The translations under genes were made by a program, and so were the position numbers. The notes under the pieces were generated by a model. The model had not been told where the DNA came from. It worked only from the letters and a program-made list of their open reading frames with translations, and ran no database searches. A stretch of 64,000 nt of DNA from Neoechinorhynchus agilis (lineage: Eukaryota > Animalia > Acanthocephala): contig CM121341.1 of NCBI GenBank assembly GCA_051530055.1, positions 8,224,784 through 8,288,783 of the forward strand, in the 5' to 3' direction. Below, piece by piece: positions 12,765 to 24,435 of this stretch; position 1 is the stretch's first letter; each line of letters opens with the position of its first letter.

Positions 12765-15700
12765 CCTATCCTATCGTTTCCTCTTTCTTTGATTTCGACG
12801 TAGCCCATTTCCAATTTTCTGATAATCTCGATCAGAATGTCCACTGAACAGAAAAACTGGGAAGATCTCGCATCGGATCTCGAACACGAGAACTTTCACT
12901 TATCGTATCGTTTCCTCTTTCTTTGATTTCGACGTAGCCCATTTCCAATTTTCTGATAATCTCGATCAGAATGTCCACTGAACAGAAAAACTGGGAAGAT
13001 CTCGCATCGGATCTCGAACACGAGAACTTTCACTTATCGTATCGTTTCCTCTTTCTTTGATTTCGACGTAGCCCATTTCCAATTTTCTGATAATCTCGAT
13101 CAGAATGTCCACTGAACAGAAAAACTGGGAAGATCTCGCATCGGATCCCGAACACGAGAACTTTCACTTATCGTATCGTTTCCTCTTTCTTTGATTTCGA
13201 CGTAGCCCATTTCCAATTTTCTGATAATCTCGATCAGAATGTCCACTGAACAGAAAAACTGGGAAGATCTCGCATCGGATCTCGAACACGAGAACTTTCA
13301 CTTATCGTATCGTTTTCTTGATTTCGACGTAGCCCATTTCCAGTTTTCTGATAATCTCGATCAGAATGTCCACTGAACAGAAAAACTGGGAAGATCTCGC
13401 ATCGGATCTCGAACACGAGAACTTTCACTTATCGTATCGTTTCCTCTTCTTTGATTTCGACGTAGCCCATTTCCAATTTTCTGATAATCTCGATCAGAAT
13501 GTCCACTGAACAGAAAACTGGGAAGATCTCGCATCGGATCTCGAACACGAGAACTTTCACTTATCGTATCGTTTCCTCTTTCTTTGATTTCGACGTAGCC
13601 CATTTCCAATTTTCTGATAATCTCGATCAGAATGTCCACTGAACAGAAAAACTGGGAAGATCTCGCATCGGATCTCGAACACGAGAACTTTCACTTATCG
13701 TATCGTTTCCTCTTTCTTTGATTTCGACGTAGCCCATTTCCAATTTTCTGATAATCTCGATAAGAATGTCCACTGAACAGAAAAACTGGGAAGATCTCGC
13801 ATCGGATCTCGAACACGAGAACTTTCACTTATCGTATCGTTTCCTCTTTCTTTGATTTCGACGTAGCCCATTTCCAATTTTCTGATAATCTCGATCAGAA
13901 TGTCCACTGAACAGAAAACTGGGAAGATCTCGCATCGGATCTCGAACACGAACTTTCACTTATCGTATCGCTCTTCTTTGATTTCGACGTAGCCCATTTC
14001 CAATTTTCTGATAATCTCGATCAGAATGTCCACTGAACAGAAAAACTGGGAAGATCTCGCATCGGATCTCGAACACGAGAACTTTCACTTATCGTATCGT
14101 TTCCTCTTTCTTTGATTTCGACGTAGCCCATTTCCAATTTTCTGATAATCTCGATCAGAATGTCCACTGAACAGAAAAACTGGAAGATCTCGCATCGGAT
14201 CTCGAACACGAGAACTTTCCTTATCGTATCGTTTCCTCTTCTTTGATTTCGACGTAGCCCATTTCCAATTTTCTGATAATCTCGATCAGAATGTCCACTG
14301 AACAGAAAAACTGGGAAGATCTCGCATCGGATCTCGACACGAGAACTTTCACTTATCGTATCGTTTCCTCTTCTTTGATTTCGACGTAGCCCATTTCCAA
14401 TTTTCTGATAATCTCGATCAGAATGTCCACTGAACAGAAAAACTGGGAAGATCTCGCATCGGATCTCGAACACGAGAACTTTCACTTATCGTATCGTTTC
14501 CTCTTTCTTTGATTTCGACGTAGCCCATTTCCAATTTTCTGATAATCTCGATCAATGTCCACTGAACAGAAAAACTGGGAAGATCTCGCATCGGATCTCG
14601 AACACGAGAACTTTCACTTATCGTATCGTTTCCTCTTTCTTTGATTTCGACGTAGCCCATTTCCAATTTTCTGATAATCTCGATCAGAATGTCCACTGAA
14701 CAGAAAAACTGGGAAGATCTCGCATCGGATCTCGAACACGAGAACTTTCACTTATCGTATCGTTTCCTCTTTCTTTGATTTCGACGTAGCCCATTTCCAA
14801 TTTTCTGATAATCTCGATCAGAATGTCCACTGAACAGAAAAACTGGGAAGATCTCGCATCGGATCTCGAACACGAGAACTTTCACTTATCGTATCGTTTC
14901 CTCTTTCTTTGATTTCGACGTAGCCCATTTCCAATTTTCTGATAATCTCGATCAGAATGTCCACTGAACAGAAAAACTGGGAAGATCTCGCATCGGATCT
15001 CGAACACGAGAACTTTCACTTATCGTATCGTTTTCGATTTCGACGTGCCCATTTCCATTTTCTGATAATCTCGATAGAATGTCCACTGAACAGAAAAACT
15101 GGAAGATTCCATCGGATCTCGAACACGAGAACTTTCACTTATCGTATCGTTTCCTCTTTCTTTGATTTCGACGTAGCCCATTTCCAATTTTCTGATAATC
15201 TCGATCAGAATGTCCACTGAACAGAAAAACTGGGAAGATCTCGCATCGGATCTCGAACACGAGAACTTTCACTTATCGTATCGTTTCCTCTTTCTTTGAT
15301 TTCGACGTAGCCCATTTCCAATTTTCTGATAATCTCGATCAGAATGTCCACTGAACAGAAAAACTGGGAAGATCTCGCATCGGATCTCGAACACGAGAAC
15401 TTTAACTTATCGTATCGTTTCCTCTTTCTTTGATTTCGACGTAGCCCATTTCCAATTTTCTGATAATCTCGATCAGAATGTCCACTGAACAGAAAAACTG
15501 GGAAGATCTCGCATCGGATCTCGAACACGAGAACTTTAACTTATCGTATCGTTTCCTCTTTCTTTGATTTCGACGTAGCCCATTTCCAATTTTCTGATAA
15601 TCTCGATCTGAATGTCCACTGAACAGAAAAACTGGGAAGATCTCGCATCGGATCTCGAACACGAGAACTTTCACTTATCGTATCGTTTTCTATTGCTTTG

Positions 15701-15795
15701 ATTTCGACGTAGCCCATTTCCAGTTTTCAGATAATCTCGATCTGAATGTCCACTGAACAGAAAAACTGGGAAGATCTCGCATCGGATCCCGAAGA
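12765..15795 (+). repeat. Tandem array, 134-bp unit, ~22 copies; each unit contains the upstream region and first 16 codons of eIF3g
   Basis: ATGTCCACTGAACAG recurs at 12837, 12971 and so on; the last copy (15746) is the real eIF3g start. Confidence 0.95.
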
Positions 15796-16657
15796 TGAGC
15801 CTTTGCCAAGTAGTGCCCAAGACTCTGCTGATAAACTGAGTGTTCAAAGTCAACTTCCTCCCCGAATGGAAAAATTCGATGAGAACACTGGCATTCGTAC
15901 GATTGTGTCCTACGAGTTGATAGACGAGAATACTGATGGAGCGGAGCACTTGGTTGAACAGGGATACAATGCAAGGAAAATAACACAAAAATTCAGAGTT
16001 GAAGTACGAAAAGTCCGGAAAGCTGTTGCATCTCGTAAGAAATTGCGTAAATTTGGATTAGCTGCCAATGATGCACCCGGTCCTAATCCCAGTACTACGT
16101 CGTGTAAAGAAGAAATCGAAATTCAATACGGTGTGGACGAATTCGGAACTTCTGAGGGCCTACAAGAACCTGATAGTGACGTCTTGGATATTGGACGAAA
16201 GCAAGGCGGAGGATTAGGGATCCAATGTTTGTACTGTAAGCAAGGACATTTGTCTCAAAACTGTCCAAGCAAACCAGATACCGTTGTTAAGACTATCTCT
16301 GCCGAGAAAAGTGATCGTTATGTTCCACCAAATAGAAGACCCGGGGCGTCTGGACCGGCGGATACATTTCCACCTACCAGTAGACAGGTTCCAGCACGAA
16401 GATCCGATGAGCCAACAATCAGAGTAACAAACCTCCCGGAAGATGTCCGTGATAGCGATCTCAGAGAATTGTTCCAAAGTTTCGGACGTATTACACGGAC
16501 GTTCATGCCAAGAGACCGGACGACTAACCGTATCAGAGGATTTGCTTTTGTTACTTTCGACACTATTCAGGCTGCTATGACGGCAGTTAAAGTCATGAAC
16601 AATTACGGATACGCTCATTTGGTTTTGGGTGTTGAAATAGCTGAACGCAGAAATTGA
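15746..16657 (+). CDS. eIF3g: Eukaryotic translation initiation factor 3 subunit G, single exon
   Basis: 303 aa. N-terminal W.D motif, VA.RK.LRKFG.A...PGP...TT...EEI, zinc knuckle C..C.QGH....CP, KYVPP-like RYVPP, C-terminal RRM (IRVTNLPEDVRDSDLRELF..FG; RGFAFVTF; NYGYAHLVL.VE). Confidence 0.95.
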   Translation: MSTEQKNWEDLASDPEDEPLPSSAQDSADKLSVQSQLPPRMEKFDENTGIRTIVSYELIDENTDGAEHLVEQGYNARKITQKFRVEVRKVRKAVASRKKLRKFGLAANDAPGPNPSTTSCKEEIEIQYGVDEFGTSEGLQEPDSDVLDIGRKQGGGLGIQCLYCKQGHLSQNCPSKPDTVVKTISAEKSDRYVPPNRRPGASGPADTFPPTSRQVPARRSDEPTIRVTNLPEDVRDSDLRELFQSFGRITRTFMPRDRTTNRIRGFAFVTFDTIQAAMTAVKVMNNYGYAHLVLGVEIAERRN

Positions 16658-16789
16658 TTTTGATCATTTCAAAACAGAAATCGCTTTCATTAATTCGAGC
16701 GCTAACAATGTACGTTGATGGCTGGGGTAATGGGACCGTTTTAATGAAAATTCAAACACTAAATTTGATTGGACGAGAACCCAGCATTC

Positions 16790-18142
16790 GGATTCAAAAA
16801 TTCAACAATTTATTTGCCCGATATTTCACCTCTCGGATAATTCCGACTTTATCCCAAGGTTCGTCATTGTTTTCAGGGCACTTTATTTTCTCAGAAAACA
16901 ATGACAAACCCTGGGATAAAGTCGGAATTATCCGAGAAGTGAAATATCGGGCAAATAAATTGTTGAATTGGAATCCGAATGGCAAAACCAAGGAAAAGAA
17001 GGAACATTTTAGTTTAACCTTTTAAATTCTCGTCCAAAATTCAACAATTTATTTGCCCGATATTTCACTTCTCGGATAATTCCGACCTTATCCCAGGGTT
17101 TGTCATTGTTTTCAGGGCACTTTATTTTCTCAGAAAACAATGACAAACCCTGGGATAAAGTCGGAATTATCCGAGAAGTGAAATATCGGGCAAATAAATT
17201 GTTGAATTGGAATCCGAATGGCAAAACTAAGGAAAAGAAGGAACATTTTAGTTTAACCTTTTAAATTCTCGTCCAAAATTCAACAATTTATTTGCCTGAT
17301 ATTTCACTTCTCGGATAATTCCGACCTTATCCCAAGGTTTGTCATTGTTTTCAGGGCACTTTATTTTCTCAGAAAACAATGACAAACCCTGGGATAAAGT
17401 CGGAATTATCCGAGAAGTGAAATATCGGGCAAATAAATTGTTGAATTGGAATCCGAATGGCAAAACTAAGGAAAAGAAGGAACATTTTAGTTTAACCTTT
17501 TAAATTCTCGTCCAAAATTCAACAATTTATTTGCCTGATATTTCACTTTGATAATTCCGACCTATCCCGTTTGTCATTGTTTTCAGGGCACTTTATTTTC
17601 TCAGAAAACAATGACAAACCCTGGGATAAAGTCGGAATTATCCGAGAAGTGAAATATCGGGCAAATAAATTGTTGAATTGGAATCGAATGGCAAAACTAA
17701 GGAAAAGAAGGAACATTTTAGTTTAACCTTTTAAATTCTCGCAAATTCAACAATTTATTTGCCTGATATTTCACTTCTCGGATAATTCCGACCTTATCCC
17801 AAGGTTTGTCATTGTTTTCAGGGCACTTTATTTTCTCAGAAAACAATGACAAACCCTGGGATAAAGTCGGAATTATCGAAGTGAAATATCGGGCAAATAA
17901 ATTGTTGAATTGGAATCCGAATGGCAAAACTAAGGAAAAGAAGGAACATTTTAGTTTAACCTTTTAAATTCTCGTCCAAAATTCAACAATTTATTTGCCT
18001 GATATTTCACTTCTCGGATAATTCCGACCTTATCCCAAGGTTTGTCATTGTTTTCAGGGCACTTTATTTTCTCAGAAAACAATGACAAACCCTGGGATAA
18101 AGTCGGAATTATCCGAGAAGTGAAATATCGGGCAAATAAATT
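16790..18142. mobile_element. Tandem array (239-bp unit, ~5.5 copies) of a fold-back MITE-like element
   Basis: Each unit has ~74-bp inverted arms (aattcaacaatttatttgcccgatatttcac...cattgttttc / gaaaacaatg...gcaaataaattgttgaatt) around a ~19-bp spacer. A diverged partial copy occurs at ~48035-48120. Confidence 0.85.
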
Positions 18143-18661
18143 AATGAAAAACTAAGACAAAATATTCTTGTTCGGTGCAAAGAATTTCATCGAACTAAAT
18201 TGTTGTGTTCATTTGTTTACACCTACAAATCGTTAAGAAATCAGGTCGAATAGAAATAAATCTAGGTTTTATCATCGGATTTCTTTAATATATTTATTTT
18301 CAGAGCATTCTACGATATAAAGTTTAAATCGCCAAAGAACAAGAATTCTATACTTCATTTTATAAGACTGATTTAATCAATTTGATGAACAATATATCTA
18401 TAGAACACAATGAAATCAGTTTCAATTAGCGATGTTTGATTCAGAAAAATAGATTTATCTTGAAAACTTTCGGCTGTTGTACTTTCTTTTTTTAAAGAGT
18501 TGATTTCTGTCTTAATCGGCTAAACAAAAATATTTATTGTCCGAATACTCGCGTTCAAGTCGTTGTTTTTTAATTTAAAACGCGAGAATCTTCCGCAGTT
18601 TTAGATGTGCTATAGATTATTTTTTAAATATAATTGATTTTTTTTCTTTAAGCTCCAGAAT

Positions 18662-19354
18662 ATGACGGATGCGAGTGAGAGGACTTCATCTCCGGAACAA
18701 TTTGATTCCGTTGATTTGATCAAACAAGGGGCGGAAGCCCGGATTTATATGTGTATTCGAAATGGATGTCGTTTAATCAAGAAGGAACGATTCGCGAAAT
18801 CATACCGCCATCGTGAACTCGACCATCGTCTGAACAAAAAACGCCACCAGAACGAGCTCAAATGTCTCAGACGTGCTCAGGTCCTTCGAATTCCAGTCCC
18901 TGGTGTCATCAAATCCGGCGATTTGTGGTTCCAAATGGAGTACATATCAGACTCCGAAACAGCAGCGGCTTTCTTGGACAAATCCACTGCAACAATGGCT
19001 AATCGTTTATGCTTTCGTTTAGGCGAAATAGTGGCTCAACTTCATTCCAATAACATTGTCCATGGAGATTTGACCACATCGAACTTTCTTGTGAAAAATG
19101 TGGATCCCGAAGACGTTTATGTGATCGATTTCGGTCTGGCGACTGTTACAGACAGCATTGAGCAATTTGGGGTCGATCTTTACGTCCTAGAACGAGCACT
19201 CATTTTAAATCAAAAACAAACGAAGGATCTATTCAAATATTTTGTCGATGGATACGAGAGTGGATGGGGTGATAATAGCCGAAGAGCCAAACGAATTCTG
19301 ATAAAGTTGGATCAAGTGAGAAGTCGAGGGCGTAAAAGGAGTATGGTAGGTTGA
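18662..19354 (+). CDS. TP53RK: Bud32/TP53RK (PRPK) atypical kinase of the KEOPS complex, single exon
   Basis: KQGAEA, HGDLTTSNFL, IDFGL, VDLYVLERA and C-terminal RGRKRSMVG motifs. Confidence 0.95.
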   Translation: MTDASERTSSPEQFDSVDLIKQGAEARIYMCIRNGCRLIKKERFAKSYRHRELDHRLNKKRHQNELKCLRRAQVLRIPVPGVIKSGDLWFQMEYISDSETAAAFLDKSTATMANRLCFRLGEIVAQLHSNNIVHGDLTTSNFLVKNVDPEDVYVIDFGLATVTDSIEQFGVDLYVLERALILNQKQTKDLFKYFVDGYESGWGDNSRRAKRILIKLDQVRSRGRKRSMVG

Positions 19355-19839
19355 TCTAACGGCCTATTTGTTATAATCATTAAAAAATAATAATGAGAGT
19401 TCTTCAAATTAGTTATGTTGTGTATACCACAAATTTAGCGCTTAACAAAAAACATCATCATAACCAATAACAAACAAATTCCTGGAATCATTTTTGAAAT
19501 GGATAAAACACAATACAAACCCAGCGTTGTATACTGCCACACTCAAAATGTCAATAAGTTTTTAGACACTTCAACTACTGTTTGTTTTGGCAGCAAAAAT
19601 TGAAGAGATTTTATTAAATCCATGATCCCATCAATAATTCAATATTGGTGGGGGGGGGAAATAGGTTAATAAGATAACCATGAAACTTCCTCTCTTCACA
19701 AAATTAAAGTCGACGAATAGGGATCGATTTTAAAAATTAACATTGCTTCGCATATTTTATTTAAAAAAATTTGGCTAATAGTCATTTAATTGAGTTACGC
19801 ACTTTAGAGCAGACTGTAACATTACTTAAGAAGAAAATA

Positions 19840-20500
19840 TTACGTGAACGCGGGGAAAATTACATATCCAAGATGACTTTTGTTGAAATATTTCGTCCAA
19901 TCACGCGGGACTTCTTCAGTCAATTATTGCCAGCGGAGGAAGCTTACTTGTATTTTCCTATGCTGACAATAATTGACTGAAGAAGTCCAGCGTGATTGGA
20001 CGAAATATTTCAACAAAAGTCATTCTTTGATATGTAATTTTTCCCACGTTCACATACTCATGGATTTTATCCTCAAGTAAAATATTACGTGAACGCGGGG
20101 AAAATTATATATCCAAGATGACTTTTGTTGAAATATTTCGTCCAATCACGCGGGACGTATTTTCCTCTGCTGACAATAATTGACTGAAGAAGTCCATCGT
20201 GATTGGACGAAATATTTCAACAAAAGTCATTCTTTGATATGTAATTTTTCCCACGTTCACATACTCATGGATTTTATCCTCAAGTAAAATATTACGTGAA
20301 CGCGGGGAAAATTATATATCCAAGATGACTTTTGTTGAAATATTTCGTCCAATCACGCGGGACGTATTTTCCTCTGCTGACAATAGTTGACTGAAGAAGT
20401 CCATCGTGATTGGACGAAATATTTCAACAAAAGTCATTATTTGATATGTAATTTTTCCCACGTTCACATACTCATGGATTTTATCTTTAAGTAAAATATT
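19840..20500. mobile_element. Three tandem copies (~210-232 bp) of a second fold-back MITE-like element
   Basis: Arms gtgaacgcggggaaaattacatatccaagatgacttttgttgaaatatttcgtccaatcacgc / gtgattggacgaaatatttcaacaaaagtcattctttgatatgtaatttttcccacgttcac. Confidence 0.8.
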
Positions 20501-20867
20501 ATTTTTCGCAGCCATTTTGATGTTATCTGTAAAATGTCAAGCCACTCATAATTTATTAGCCGGAAGATGACTGTAAATGTCAGCATGATACACTTGGGAT
20601 CAAAATAATCAACATTGATACCTAATATTGATCAAATCAAATGTTTCTTGATTACATGTGTTTACTATTGTCTCACAATCTCTCAACAACTACGTCAACA
20701 ATTATTTGGAGCACTCAACTTGGTTAGACTCACTATTTCTTTGACGAAAGAGCATACGATAATTATCCTTGAATACGGTTGACGATATTTCCACAGAAAA
20801 TATAGTAGCCAAGTGAAAATCGAATGCATGGATATAAAAACAACCACAGAAGATTGTTAAATTGATA

Positions 20868-21038
20868 TTTGGCGCAACTAAATAATTATAGATTAATTTA
20901 ATTTCGGCCTGAGCGTGTCTTCAGATATTGTTTGTAAGTTTTTTAGTCGAACGTAAATATTTAAAAACTTACAAACAATATCTGAAGACACGCTCAGGCC
21001 GAAATTAAATTAATCTATAATTCTTTTGTTCCGCCAAA
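20868..21038. mobile_element. Solo fold-back MITE flanked by TA
   Basis: TA-tttggcg...cgccaaa-TA, with TA at 20866-67 and 21039-40, and a near-perfect internal inverted repeat of ~55 bp. Confidence 0.85.
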
Positions 21039-21205
21039 TACCTAATTGAAGAATCAGATTATAAAATTTAAACCAGAACCACTTCCTATTAGTCGTATCT
21101 ACAGCCAATCAGAATCAGAGTTGGGCAACGGGGGGGACCATACGCCCTTGAGTTGCAAAGAGCAAATCGAAGACAAAATCTTTAGATAAACTTTTCGGCA
21201 AAAAC

Positions 21206-21676
21206 ATGAACGGACACATCAAAGGCAATTTTCAAGTTTCAAGCAAAATTGTGAAGTCACTACCAACATCGTCCAAGGCGGGTTTAGAGCAACGATCGAA
21301 AAACATGGAAAAAATACATTGGATTCTTGGATTCATCTACGTCAATGTCATTTTCATTGCTGTACTAAGCGCAATTCAGCTTGTACAGTTCCTTAATCGC
21401 TCTGAGGAAGGAATTCAAGTTTTATTAGTTGGACAAAGAGCGAAAGTGTGGACAAAAATGACAGTCACGATGATCATACTGACAAATTCGCTGTCAATAT
21501 TTTGTCTTATACTTGCTATGACGGCCGCTTCAATCATGTACCGAATCGTGAAATCGAAGAACCAGGAAAATCTCTACATTGCTAATCAAATGTATCGCAA
21601 TGTCGCTCTTTTCCTTTTAGCGAATACCGTGGTAAATTTAATGCGTTTGGCAATGGCGATCATTGCGCACTTTTGA
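21206..21676 (+). CDS. Hypothetical multi-pass membrane protein
   Basis: 156-aa ORF with true ATG and about three hydrophobic segments; no family recognised. Confidence 0.5.
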   Translation: MNGHIKGNFQVSSKIVKSLPTSSKAGLEQRSKNMEKIHWILGFIYVNVIFIAVLSAIQLVQFLNRSEEGIQVLLVGQRAKVWTKMTVTMIILTNSLSIFCLILAMTAASIMYRIVKSKNQENLYIANQMYRNVALFLLANTVVNLMRLAMAIIAHF

Positions 21677-21744
21677 GACAATGTTGGATGTTTTTGAGTC
21701 AATAAAATAATATCTTTTTGCTAAGAAGCTATGAGATCCTGAAA

Positions 21745-22520
21745 GTCGTCGACAAAGGTTATTATAGCTGAGCCACAAATGAGATTTATCTACGTTTAAA
21801 AATTCGATCAACAAAAAAACCACAAATCTTAAAAAAGTGCAATATAACGCAAAATCCACTAAAAAAATCTTGATGATCGTGAAAGTCGACAAAGGTTATT
21901 AAAGTTGAATAAATCGGACTTTTTCTATAGCTCCAAATGAGATTTATCTACGTTTAAAAATTCGATCAACAAAAAACCACAAATCTTAAAAGAGTGCAAA
22001 ATCTTGTAAAAAAATCTTGATGATCGTGAAAGTCGACAAAGGTTATTAAAGTTGAATAAATCGGACTTTTTCTATAGCTCCAAATGAGATTTATCTACGT
22101 TTAAAAATTCGATCAACAAAAAACCACAAATCTTAAAAGAGTGCAAAATCTTGTAAAAAAATCTTGATGATCGTGAAAGTCGACAAAGGTTATTAAAGTT
22201 GAATAAATCGGACTTTTTCTATAGCTCCAAATGAGATTTATCTACGTTTAAAAATTCGATCAACAAAAAACCACAAATCTTAAAAAAGTGCAAAATCTTG
22301 TAAAAAAAATCTTGATGATCGTGAAAGTCGACAAAGGTTATTAAAGTTGAATAAATGGAACTTTTTCTATAGCTCCAAATGAGATTTAGCTACGTTTAAA
22401 AATTCGATCAACAAGACACCAAAAATCTTAAAAGAGTGCAAAATCTTGTAAAAAAATCTTGATGATCGTGAAAGTCGACAAAGGTCATTAAAGTTGAATA
22501 AATCGGACTTTTTCTATAGC
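21745..22520. repeat. Tandem array, 147-bp unit, ~5 copies
   Basis: 'ctccaaatgag' recurs at 21931, 22078 and 22225. Confidence 0.9.
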
Positions 22521-23479
22521 TTTATAAATTTTGTTCCACGACAGTGATGGCAAAAGAAAAAATTAAATCATTTTCGATTTTTTAGTTTCCTTAATTTAAA
22601 AGTTCAAAATGAGTTTACCTCTAAGAGGAAGAAAATCACTCAGCTTTTTTTTAATGGACACGGGCGAAATGGTAAAGAAAAATTGTTTCCCGGTTAGTTT
22701 TTTTATTCAATGTTTAAGCTACGATCACTGCGCAACTGATTTTGTGTAGAGTGCCCGATTTCGGGCTATCTTAAGCGATTCTGTCATAATCCACATGAGT
22801 CAAACGCTGGATACCGAGACAATGAGTTCGTCCAACGGAAGACGAAGTGATGTCGGACACTACACTGAACGAGGTTAATATTTCTTATCTTAGCGAGGAC
22901 TATGATCTCTGTTTCAAAATTGAACTATTCATGCCTCTTTTGGCTTAAAATTAAAGGAATTTTATAAATCCGATATTTCGGCACTATCTCATGCCTTCAT
23001 CAAAGTCTAAAATCCACACGTGGAGGATAATTAACTTTACACCGTACTTTGATGTTACAGAATGTCAAACGAAGCCTTGAAAATTCGAGGGCAGTGAAGG
23101 ATCGACTGTTGAACTGAGAAAGTATTTCTCTCCTCTTTTTTTTAATCATTTCAAGAAGTAATATAAATTTCAGTGTCAAACTCATCCTTCGAATGAGATT
23201 CGAACAAAAATCGCCTACGAATTCGGAACTGATGATTGTCGCAGCTGGACTTTTTGTTGGTAGATTTGGTCTTGAATATCTCTCTTTCTTAAGTGCCTGT
23301 CGGATCGCCTAATTGGTGGGATATATTATGGTCGTTTGTCTTTACCCGAGGGAGATCGCGTTAAAGACGAATGTATACATTTCTACTGATTGAATCGGTC
23401 ATTGTCAATTCAATCTAAAATAACAGAGACATTCTTCACAACACTCCCATGATTGTTTCCGTTTTGACTCGGGACCCGG

Positions 23480-24415
23480 GATCGTCAAGTTCGTAGACGA
23501 AGAGCGGCCTCCCTGAGTGTGTTTAGGCCAACTAAAGGTAATTAGAGCGAAACTTTTGCTTTGTTCCCTTCCAGGCCATCTCAATATATATGGACTCTTT
23601 TATCAGTCGTTGGAATTTTCTCTTTTCTGTGCAGAGGACGTCGGTCTTGTCGAATCCGATTGTGTGGTTAAATGAGCGTGATTAAGAATGGCTCCCGCAG
23701 CCGTGCAGTGAAACGCCGCATTGCTTCACCTACGTAGGCCATTTCGCAATCTTTGCGAGGGATGCGGTGGACTACGTTCGCAGTTTAAAGTCCGTCGTAT
23801 TCCCCGGTCCACTGTTTCAACCTGGCGAATAAATAGGGCTTCCATTAAGAGCGATCCAATTTGAATTCACTTCGCATGGTCTCGTTATCGCAGAACTGGA
23901 ATCGATGCCCCTCCTCAGAGCGCATATTTGTCTTCTTTGGTTCTTTTTTTTCCAAATTATTTGTTTGGCCTACATAGGATTTATTCCATTCGACGCAGGG
24001 AATCTCGTACACTTTGCTTTCATGCTCATCTCGTTTCTTAACCATGGAGCTCAATGCTCGAGCTTTCTTCGATCTTTAGGCGCAACTTCCTTTATCAGAT
24101 TGTTAATTGCACTGAATAACTCATCATCGACGAATGGTGAACCTATGAAGGTCCTCCGTTTGGGCTCCCGGCACACTGCTTTCCTTCCATGAAGCCATTT
24201 TTGTCATGGAGATTGGATAGCCATTTCCTTTGAGCATATCGGGCCATTTTATACTTTGTGGGTGCCATTGTGATGAATGAGGGGGCAATGTCCGTCGGTA
24301 TACCAATCTTCCTGTATACACAATAGTTGCAAAACTTCGCTCCTTGTCGCGTTTATGCGCCACGTCCATCAACCCGATCAATAGCATACCAATCGTCACA
24401 GATTTCACCTTCAAC
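23480..24415 (-). mobile_element. Decayed Penelope-like element(s): RT thumb remnant plus two GIY-YIG endonuclease remnants
   Basis: LMDV..KRDKERSFATIVYTGR..HP.SIK..LKGNGYP (24124-24414); KVYEIPCVEWNKSYVGQTNNLEK (23845-24054); second copy NVVHRIPRKDCEMAYVGEAMRRFTARLRE..HTIGFDKT..RLIKESIYI (~23560-23780). Confidence 0.75.
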
Positions 24416-24435
24416 TTTCCAGACTGTTGACCAAA

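Noticed and set aside
12765-15795. Regular repeats resembling a CRISPR array (also 34243-36478 and 9842-11695)
   Set aside because: Units are contiguous with no unique spacers, there are no cas genes, and the context is eukaryotic.
21745-22520. 147-bp and 164-bp unit lengths as nucleosome-positioning satellites
   Set aside because: Unit lengths in the window span 55-435 bp with no clustering; coincidence cannot be excluded.
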